DNA of 32,000 nucleotides from Candidatus Saccharimonadota bacterium (GTDB lineage: Bacteria > Pseudomonadota > Gammaproteobacteria > Johnevansiales > Johnevansiaceae), in contig NC_018677.1 of assembly GCF_000300075.1 (NCBI RefSeq), positions 270,001 through 302,000 on the forward strand, written 5' to 3'. Below the pieces are notes generated by a model. It worked only from the letters and a program-made list of their open reading frames with translations. It had not been told where the DNA came from and searched no databases. The position numbers and the translations under genes were made by a program. Shown here one piece after another: positions 1 to 7,878 of this stretch. How positions within the stretch are numbered: the stretch's first letter is position 1; every line of letters starts with the position of its first letter.

Positions 1-221
1 AATAAATAATTAATAACAAACAATCAACGCAACCATTAACAACTTATCCTCTAACCATTTACACAACTATCCTCTAATTAATAACAACTAATAAAAGCAA
101 CCATTATCATCTTTTATATAACACTATTTTATCTAATTTAAGCTACTTCTAAACATTAACAACTTAACCTCTAACAAACTAACCTCTAATAACTAACAGA
201 TAACCATTTTATTTATTACAC

Positions 222-290
222 CATCTAACATCTAACATCTAACCTAACACCTAACACCTCTAACAACTAACAAACAACAAACAACAAACT
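222..290. repeat. Compound heptanucleotide microsatellite in C-strand orientation: (CATCTAA)3, (CCTAACA)2, then (CAAACAA)3
   Basis: Read directly: ccatctaacatctaacatctaacctaacacctaacacctctaacaactaacaaacaacaaacaacaaact. Confidence 0.85.
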
Positions 291-1175
291 AACCTCTTTA
301 ACATCTTTAAAGCAACCTCTAATAACTAAACCTCTTACCATCATCACATAACCTCTTAAAATACAAACTACAACCTTTATCTTCTACCAACATTCCTCTT
401 TTTAACAAACATCCTACAAACTCCAACATCTAATCTCTTAAACCACCAACTATTCCCTTTTCTTCTTTTTTTTTACAACACTAATTATAATTATGTACAA
501 CTTCTTTGTTATTAGTAAAATTTAACAACAATACAATTAAGAAACCATTATACAAAAAACAGTATTAATAGACAGAATACAACATCTAAAAAAAAAAATA
601 ATACAAATATGTAAAAAAAAAATATCTAACAGATAAAAAAAAAGAACAACAAATATACAACCTCTAACAAAGCAACCTCAAATCAAAGAAATAAAGATCT
701 AAAAAATATAAAAAAATACAACATATAATAAAAATATTTAAAACAAAAAATAAAGAGAATAACAATAATATAACAATTGAATAAAAAAAATAACAACATA
801 ACAGATAATGTTAAAACACAAAAAGCAATAACGAAGAAAGCAAAACATAAAAAGAAAAAGTTTTAAAATAAAAAAAAAAAACAACAAGTATCTAAAAACA
901 ACATAAAGAAACATTAAACAATAACGATTGTAGTTTAAGTAAAATAATAAAGAAAGAATATTATTCAAACAAAAAGTATTAACAAAACCAATAAATCAAA
1001 ACGAAACAAGAAATATAAATAAACACATTTTTAATAACTTGTACAACACATTTTAATAAATTACAAATATACATATCAGCAAACAGCTATAAAAAAAAAA
1101 CATATAAAACATAAAACACAATTTTAAAAAGCATAAAAAATATAAATAAAAAAACAAAGACAAAAATAACAAGAG

Positions 1176-2048
1176 GTGATTTCCAGTATGAGACATAAAC
1201 CTAGTTGGATAAAAATACGTGTTCCTCTATATAATGAAATTAATAATATAAAAAACAAAATAAGAAAAACATACTTACATACAGTTTGTGAAGAATCATC
1301 TTGCCCTAACATACTAAATTGTTTTAATGAAAAAATTGCAACCATTATGATCTTAGGAAATAAATGTACTAGAAAATGTCCTTTTTGTGATGTGTTGTAT
1401 GGAAAGACAATTAAGATAAACTATTATGAACCTTTTGATATAATTAAAATACTTATTAAGTTAAAAATAAACTATATAGTTATAACTTCAGTAAATCGCG
1501 ATGATTTAGAAGATGGAGGTGCTAACCACTTTTCAAAATGTATTGGTGCAATAAACCGTTTATATAAACATATAAAAATAGAAATTTTAATACCTGATTT
1601 TAGAGGTAAAAGTGATATTGCAATTAATATTTTAATTAAAAACAAACCTACTGTATTAAATCATAATATAGAGACTATACACAATTTATATTTGCAAGTA
1701 AAACCAGGTGCAACTTATGATATTTCACTTAATTTATTAAAACAAATAAAAAAATATTGTCCAAAAATAAAAACTAAATCAGGTTTAATGGTAGGAATTG
1801 GAGAAAACGATAAACAACTAATAAATGTTATTAAAGATATAAAAACAAATCAAGTAGATATTATAACTATAGGGCAATATATTGCACCATCGAATTTTCA
1901 CTTGCCAATTAAAAGATGGGTTCATCCAACAAGTTTTTATTTTTATGCAAAACTATGTTATATTTTAGGTTTTAATTATATTGCTTCAGGTCCGTTGATA
2001 AGATCTAGTTATAAAGCAAAAAATCAAAATTATGGAAAAAACATATAA
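1176..2048 (+). CDS. lipA: Lipoyl synthase
   Basis: 290-aa ORF. It carries the N-terminal cluster motif CEESSCPN and the radical-SAM motif CTRKCPFC, as in LipA (compare CEEASCPN...CTRRCPFC). AAGAGG lies at 1171-1176. The ORF track starts at GTG 1176, but the in-frame ATG at 1188 is the more likely start. Confidence 0.93.
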   Translation: MISSMRHKPSWIKIRVPLYNEINNIKNKIRKTYLHTVCEESSCPNILNCFNEKIATIMILGNKCTRKCPFCDVLYGKTIKINYYEPFDIIKILIKLKINYIVITSVNRDDLEDGGANHFSKCIGAINRLYKHIKIEILIPDFRGKSDIAINILIKNKPTVLNHNIETIHNLYLQVKPGATYDISLNLLKQIKKYCPKIKTKSGLMVGIGENDKQLINVIKDIKTNQVDIITIGQYIAPSNFHLPIKRWVHPTSFYFYAKLCYILGFNYIASGPLIRSSYKAKNQNYGKNI

Positions 2049-2281
2049 ACTTCAAATACTTTCAAAATAACTATAAACTATATATTTGTCATAACTTTAT
2101 TTATAACAACAAAACCTATAATTTATTTTTACAAGTTTAAAAACTAACAATATATATAAAAACTTTTACAAGTTCCTTTTTTTTTTATAAAATTTAACAA
2201 AACAAGTGTATTTTATTATTTGTTATTTGTTCTGATTTAGTAATTTTGGTTATCTTGTTCTGTTCTTTTTTTTTGATGTAG

Positions 2282-2352
2282 GTTTTTATTGAATTGTTGT
2301 TATTAAAAATATATGTTTTTAGCATTATGTTTTTATTGAATTGTTGTTATTT
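2282..2352. repeat. Direct repeat: two copies of gtttttattgaattgttgttatt, period about 47 nt
   Basis: Copies read at 2282-2305 and 2329-2352. Confidence 0.75.
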
Positions 2353-3042
2353 TTAACACTAATGTGTTTTTTTTATTTGAAAACCTAACCTTGCTTACTA
2401 TATGTTGTGTTCTTTCTTATCTCTCTATTTAACTCTTATTTATTTTTATTTGTTTTATATATAATATAACATCTTCTTTATTTTTATTTTTTTTTGATCT
2501 TTTATTTTACTCTTTTTTGTACTTAGAGGATACGTTATTAATACTTGTGTTATGTTTTCTAACTATTTTATGTTTTATCTTTATCTTTATGTTGTATAAT
2601 TAAAGTTATATAAAATTGTTAAGTTGTTTGATAGTATTCATTAGAGTTTATGCTTTTTTAGTATTTTGTTATCCGAAGTTGATGGCAATCGGCCTTATTA
2701 TTTGCTTAATTGTTGTTTATTGTGGTTTTAATAACTGGTGTATATTCAGATTTTGTATTTAAGAACAGTATAAAATTGTTTAGATGTATGGTATATGATT
2801 AATTTAAAATTGTTATTTCTTTCTGTATTATTTTGGTTAAAAAAATGTTTGCTTCGTTAAAGTTTTGTTGCTGCTTTAGATCTTGATATTTGCTTTATGG
2901 TGGATTGTTTTGTGGTTTATGTTTTTAAAAGATGTAGATGCTTAGTTATTGTTATTTGTGTTTTTTGTTTACTGTATATATTGTTAGAATTTGTATCAGT
3001 GTTGTTTGTATTAGTGATTTGTTGTTGTTATAACGAAAACAG

Positions 3043-3155
3043 TTATATAAGATAAAAAAATAGTTGTATTGGTGTATAATTGTTGTAAAGTTAATTACCG
3101 TCATATTATATAAGATAAAAAAATGTTGTATTGGTGTGTAATTGTTGTAAAGTTA
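3043..3155. repeat. Direct repeat of about 50 nt, two copies, period 63 nt
   Basis: ttatataagataaaaaaatagttgtattggtgtataattgttgtaaagtta at 3043-3093, against ttatataagataaaaaaatgttgtattggtgtgtaattgttgtaaagtta at 3106-3155. Confidence 0.85.
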
Positions 3156-3185
3156 TATCAAAAAGAGTAAAGAATTAGATTAATG

Positions 3186-3403
3186 GTTTGTTGTTTGTTG
3201 TTTGTTAAGGAAGTAAAAGAAATAGATTTGTGGTTTGTGGTTTGTGGTTTGTGGTTTGTTGTTTGTTGTTTGTTAGTTGTTAGTTGTTAGTTGTTAGTTG
3301 TTAAGGAAGTAAAAATGGAATTTGTGGTTTGTGGTTTGTGGTTTGTTCTTTGTTGTTTGTTGTTTGTTAGTTGTTAGTTGTTAGTTGTTAAGGAAGTAAA
3401 AGG
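3186..3403. repeat. Higher-order tandem repeat of three units (about 96 and 87 nt). Each unit is (GTGGTTT)n-(GTTGTTT)n-(GTTAGTT)n ending in GTTAAGGAAGTAAAA
   Basis: The terminator motif ttaaggaagtaaaa occurs at 3205, 3301 and 3388. The heptamer runs between them were read directly. There is only 1 C in nt 3181-3420. Confidence 0.9.
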
Positions 3404-3996
3404 ATAAAAAAAAAGAAAGGTGTGTAATGTTGTGAGAAAGGTTATTTGATAAAGTATAAAGGTTATGACAAAGGCTGTTGTGAGAGGTTTGTTAAAAAAA
3501 GAAAAGTTAGGTTATAAGGACGGACGGATATAGAATATGAGAAAAATTGTTTTGTTAAGCAAATAGGTTATAAGGTATTATACATGTTGTGAGATACTGG
3601 TTGTTAACAAAAAAAAAAAAGTACGTCATATGTTGAATTAGGGTGTTAAGTAAGAATTTGTTATTAATTTATTAATTAAACGTGTTGTAAGAAATATTAA
3701 ATAAAGTTGTGATTTGTGTTGTAAGATTTTGATTTTATCTTTATCTTTATTGTTATTGTTATTGTTAAGCGGATTTTATGAAATGTTGTTAAGCTATTAA
3801 GCTGAATTGTTGTAAATTATTATGTGGTATGATATTGTTAAAGTTTTTATTTTTAGCTGTTAGTTTCTTTGTGGGTAAGTATTTTGTTGTTAACTATTAG
3901 TTTTGTTTGTGTTTAATTTAGTTGTTAAATAGTAGTTTTTTTGTGCATTTGAAGTTTGTTGGTAAGTTGTGTGTATTGTTTGAAGTTAAATGTAAA

Positions 3997-4080
3997 TGGA
4001 GAGAGAGGGATTCGAACCCACGATAGTATAACTATACTCCTTTAGCAAAGGAGCGCCTTAAACCACTCGGCCACCTCTCC
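3997..4080 (-). tRNA. tRNA-Ser (anticodon GCU), class II with a long variable arm
   Basis: The reverse complement is GGAGAGGTGGCCGAGTGGTTTAAGGCGCTCCTTTGCTAAAGGAG...GGTTCGAATCCCTCTCTCTCCA. The anticodon loop is TTGCTAA between the CTCCT/AGGAG stem. The acceptor stem pairs GGAGAGG with TCTCTCC. It lies 11 nt downstream of the lysC stop. Confidence 0.9.
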
Positions 4081-4091
4081 TTATATAAAAT

Positions 4092-5345
4092 CTATTGAAC
4101 AATGTTATTTAGATTAAAAGTAGTATGCAAGACATGAAGTGCTAAATCCATATAGTCGTCAAAAACAAATATAGATAGTTTAAGCTCTGATGTAGATAAA
4201 AAAAGAATAATTATGCCGTGTTTTTCTAAGGTATACACAACGTTATGCAAAATACATTTATGAGAGTAGATCCCAACTCCAACAATAGAAATTATAACAG
4301 ATTTATTATCGGCTAGAATGTGTCCACAAAAGTAAATACAAATATATTTTTGTATTGTGTGAAATAATAAATTATAATCAGATTTAGATATAGTAAAAGT
4401 TATAATAAATTGAGTGGTTAAGTTTTTTATATTTTGAATACAAATATCTATTTTGTGATCTGAAAAACAAATCAAAATGTTATAGCAAACATAAGGAAAT
4501 ACTTCACAAGAAACAATTACAGTAATGTTTTCAATATTACAATTATATGTAACTCCTGAAATTAACGGGTTTTCCATTTTCTTTTCTAAAAATGACCTCT
4601 TTTGAATTAGTAATGTACCTGGATTATTATCAAAAATTGATAAAAGTCTAACAGGCATATTAGATTTAACTGCAAACTCAACAGAGCGTATTTGTAATAC
4701 TTTCGATCCTAAACTAGACAATTCTAACATATCTTCTACAGTAATATATGAAATTAAACTTGAGTTATTACATAGTCTAGGGTCTGTACTGTACACACCA
4801 GATACATCTGTATAAATTTGACATTCATCTGCGTTAATAGCAGTAGATATAGCCACAGCGGTAGTATCTGAACCGCCTCTTCCTAATGTTGTTATATTAC
4901 CATACTTATCTATTCCTTGAAATCCTGCAACTACCACAACAATATTATTATTTATATCCTTATTTATTACTGAAGTATCTATATGTTGTATACGAGCTTT
5001 TGTATACACACTATCGGTAAAGATCGATAATTGTGCTCCTGTATAAGATTTTGATTTTACCCCAACAAGATTTAAAGCAATTGATAATAACGACATAGTT
5101 ACTTGTTCACCTGTTGATAGCAAAACATCTAACTCTCGATGATTATATATATCGTTTATTGTTTTTTTTTTATACATTAGTTTTGCTAAACATAACAATC
5201 TATTTGTTTCTCCGCTCATTGCTGAGACTACAACAATAATTTTCTGTTGTTTTTTATAAAAGAAACTTATTTGTTTTGCAATGTTTTTTATATTTTTAAT
5301 TGATCCCACTGAAGTACCTCCAAACTTTTGTACAATAATTCCCAT
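4092..5345 (-). CDS. lysC: Aspartate kinase
   Basis: 417-aa ORF. The N-terminus IVQKFGGTSVGS is the aspartokinase signature, GRGGSDTTA is present, and the C-terminal region is ACT-like. The start ATG overlaps the stop of the upstream alaS fragment as TAATG. Confidence 0.92.
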   Translation of the reverse strand: MGIIVQKFGGTSVGSIKNIKNIAKQISFFYKKQQKIIVVVSAMSGETNRLLCLAKLMYKKKTINDIYNHRELDVLLSTGEQVTMSLLSIALNLVGVKSKSYTGAQLSIFTDSVYTKARIQHIDTSVINKDINNNIVVVVAGFQGIDKYGNITTLGRGGSDTTAVAISTAINADECQIYTDVSGVYSTDPRLCNNSSLISYITVEDMLELSSLGSKVLQIRSVEFAVKSNMPVRLLSIFDNNPGTLLIQKRSFLEKKMENPLISGVTYNCNIENITVIVSCEVFPYVCYNILICFSDHKIDICIQNIKNLTTQFIITFTISKSDYNLLFHTIQKYICIYFCGHILADNKSVIISIVGVGIYSHKCILHNVVYTLEKHGIIILFLSTSELKLSIFVFDDYMDLALHVLHTTFNLNNIVQ

Positions 5346-6646
5346 TATAAACCTCTTTTAAATAAAAAAGTTTTTATATTTGTTTTTAATGTTTTAGTAT
5401 ATAACATATTAAAATTGTTTATACTAGTCTTAAGATATGAAACATTTGTAGTTGCATTATAAAAAATTGTTTTATTTGTTTGTAAAACTTGTTTAAAAAA
5501 AACACTATATGGTCTAAATTTTAAACAGTCATTCGTTATTTTAATAAATACGTTTATATTATGTTTATTTAAAACATAAACAATTATTATACTTTTATTT
5601 ACTAATTTGTTTACGATGCTATGCAGTATTACAAACAAATCTTTTTTGTACTTACTTTTTATTTTGTATATTAAAAATTTATAACCAAAAAAATAAAACA
5701 TTTTACTAAGTAATTTGTTTATTTGTTTTTGTATAGTTATTTGTTTAAACAAGTTAAACTCATCAAGAAGCACTTTGTTTTTATTTTTAAGATGTTTAAT
5801 ATTTTTTTTAACATTATTTAAACATAGATTGCTAGCAAACGATAAATCTTTTAGAGTTAATTTGTTTTTTAAAATATAACGAACAGCATTTTTATTAGTT
5901 ACTGCCTCAATACGACGTATACCTTTAGATACACATTGTTCTGACATAATACAAAAACAACCAATATTTTTTGTGGTTTTGATGTGAGTTCCATTACATA
6001 CGTCTATGGAATAACCTCCCTCTTTTCCAATAACAACTACATTTTTATGTTTTATATTTTTTTTTTGTTTAGATAAAAGTTTAATTAAAATTATATGTTG
6101 TTTGGCTATTGCACGATTTATTAACAGTTCAATTATAAATAAAATTTTGTTTGTCAACGGTTTATAAGATTTATATTCAAATATTATTTTATTTTGATTA
6201 ATAAAAAATCCTTTTTTTATTAGTTTTTTTTTAGCCACTCTTTGTATTGTTACATTTAATAAATGTATAGCTGAATGAGCAACACTTATATTATAACGAA
6301 TAATTTTGTCTATATAACAATTAACGTGTGTTGTATTTGAAAAATAACCTTTCAATAAAGTTCCTACATGAAAAAACAAAGAATTATGTTTAATCACGTT
6401 ATATACTTTAAATTTTCCTAATTTATTATAAATATATCCTACGTCACTAATGACTTGCCCACCTTTTTCAAAAATAAAAGATGATATTTTTAAAATAATT
6501 GTTCCTTGTGTATTTTCGCTTATAAAGTTTATGTTTTTACCTTCTTTATTTAAGATTTTTTGTATTTTTGTTTTATAAAAATATATATTACTAAAAAAAA
6601 AGTTTTGAGTTATTATACTGTCCTTTATTGTATATAAATAAAACGA
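5345..6646 (-). CDS. alaS: Alanine--tRNA ligase, C-terminal part only (beta-barrel, editing and C-Ala regions). The aminoacylation domain is absent, so this is a truncated gene or possible pseudogene
   Basis: The ORF track calls 5345..6397 with a GTG start. My hand translation shows the frame stays open upstream to a TAA at 6647-6649. The extension still matches AlaRS: FIFEKGGQVISDVG against FYAESGGQVGDKG. The editing-site zinc motifs HSAIH (HxxxH) and CNGTH (CxxxH) and GIRRIEAVT are conserved. There is no ATG, GTG or TTG codon in the extension, and nothing resembling the N-terminal ~450 aa is present upstream. Confidence 0.8.
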   Translation of the reverse strand, partial: SFYLYTIKDSIITQNFFFSNIYFYKTKIQKILNKEGKNINFISENTQGTIILKISSFIFEKGGQVISDVGYIYNKLGKFKVYNVIKHNSLFFHVGTLLKGYFSNTTHVNCYIDKIIRYNISVAHSAIHLLNVTIQRVAKKKLIKKGFFINQNKIIFEYKSYKPLTNKILFIIELLINRAIAKQHIILIKLLSKQKKNIKHKNVVVIGKEGGYSIDVCNGTHIKTTKNIGCFCIMSEQCVSKGIRRIEAVTNKNAVRYILKNKLTLKDLSFASNLCLNNVKKNIKHLKNKNKVLLDEFNLFKQITIQKQINKLLSKMFYFFGYKFLIYKIKSKYKKDLFVILHSIVNKLVNKSIIIVYVLNKHNINVFIKITNDCLKFRPYSVFFKQVLQTNKTIFYNATTNVSYLKTSINNFNMLYTKTLKTNIKTFLFKRGL

Positions 6647-6989
6647 TTAAGTTGTAATAATTCTTTTATCTCTTGCATATTATAAAACAATGTTTACTTT
6701 TAAAACACTTAATTTATACTTTCTTTTAACTTTTCGATGTTTATTATTTACTATCAAAATACAACTTTATTTTTTTTTATAACAAACCTTTTTTGCAACT
6801 TAAATTGTGTAGATCTTTTTTTTTAAAGCAATACAAAAAATTTTTTTTATTTCTATTAATAATAGCTAGTATATACTAACTTTACCGTTTTCACCCTGTT
6901 ATATACTAACGTTCTTCTTCAAACTGCTTTACTACTATATAATAAACTATATATTTCAGCTAAGAGCTAAACTTTTTTATCTTTTAGCA

Positions 6990-7115
6990 TATAACAAGTT
7001 TTATTTTGTTTGAATAATATATTAACTTTCTTCATTTTTTCTATAACAACTTTTTTATTTTGTTTGAATAATACATTAACTATCTTTATATTTTCTATAA
7101 CAACTTTTCTAAAAC
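6990..7115. repeat. Tandem repeat, period about 53 nt, about 2.4 copies
   Basis: The unit tataacaa(g/c)tttt..attttgtttgaataata(t/c)attaact..ttttc was read at 6990, 7042 and 7096. Confidence 0.8.
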
Positions 7116-7640
7116 CTGATTAACTATTTTAATCTTTTTATACAACGTATTTTTTTTAACAACTAATTAATGTATTTATTATTACATTAAACAATTTACA
7201 TTTTTCCTTTAACGCTAATTGAAAACATTTAACAACAACTAGCTTTTAATTTAACCATAAACTTTTTTAAACCACCTAAGACTAAGAACCTAACTGTTTT
7301 TTATCTACAACGCATAACCTAAACAACCACAATACACCTACTGATTACAACTTTACACCTCTTATAATACAACATTGAAATATAGTAACTAAATACATAA
7401 AAAAATTACTGAATTATATTAAATTAATATAACAAAAAATTGATTTTACGCTAATAATAACACCAAAACAATACATAAAACACAAAAGTAAAGTATTGCT
7501 AACATCAAACAACTATTAACAAACACACCTTTTGCTTTTATTTTTATATATGTTTCTTACTATATACTAAATTGATTACAACAAACACACATATTTAGGT
7601 TGTTGTTTTATACAACTTTCATAATTTTTACTAAACTGTT

Positions 7641-7736
7641 AACAACAACTAACAACTAACAACTAACCACTAAACACTAACCACTAACCACTAACCACTA
7701 ACCAACAACCAACAACCAACAACCAACAACCAACAC
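7641..7736. repeat. Compound heptanucleotide microsatellite in C-strand orientation: (CAACTAA)3-(CCACTAA)5-(CCAACAA)5
   Basis: Read directly. There is no G in nt 7641-7740. The reverse complement (TTAGTTG, TTAGTGG and TTGTTGG units) is related to the array at 3186-3403. Confidence 0.9.
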
Positions 7737-7878
7737 AAAACTGATAACAACAAACGTATAAAAAATAACAAAACAAAAGTTTGTAAAAAAATAAACATAC
7801 AGCTAATAAAAACAAAAAAGATATATTCTAAAACATACTACTTTTGTAGTAAACATAAAAAATTAAGTTTAAATTGTG

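Noticed and set aside
738-968. 76-aa minus-strand ORF in the lipA-upstream spacer. ORFs at 10955..11296 (113 aa) and 23330..23542 (70 aa) are similar cases.
   Set aside because: The translations are Phe/Leu/Tyr/Cys low-complexity strings that follow directly from T-rich repeat DNA. They have no SD sequence, no recognisable motif, and lie inside microsatellite-like sequence.
3230-3260. Telomere-like or G-quadruplex role for the (GTGGTTT)n runs.
   Set aside because: Only GG doublets are present with 5-nt loops, giving at best an unstable two-tetrad structure. Nothing in the window indicates a linear replicon end. It is retained only as a testable aside in the higher-order repeat finding.
3303-3377. 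Mini-ORF with a near-ideal SD: AAGGAAG-N5-ATG encoding MEFVVCGLWFVLCCLLFVSC (20 aa) inside the higher-order repeat.
   Set aside because: Only one of the three repeat units has the ATG; the other two read AATAG and GGATA at that position. The peptide is simply the translation of heptamer microsatellites. It is most likely a chance feature, although Ribo-seq could revisit it.
3186-3403. Possible CRISPR array, given regularly punctuated repeats; 28273-28385 was considered for the same reason.
   Set aside because: The sequence between the constant motifs is itself microsatellite, not unique spacers. Unit lengths vary, there are only three units, and there are no cas genes in the window.
6647-7878. 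Attempt to read the missing alaS catalytic domain from the minus strand of this spacer.
   Set aside because: The frame closes with TAA at 6647-6649. The remaining sequence is repeat-rich and G/T-biased on the minus strand, with frequent stops. None of the AlaRS class II motifs could be recognised by eye.
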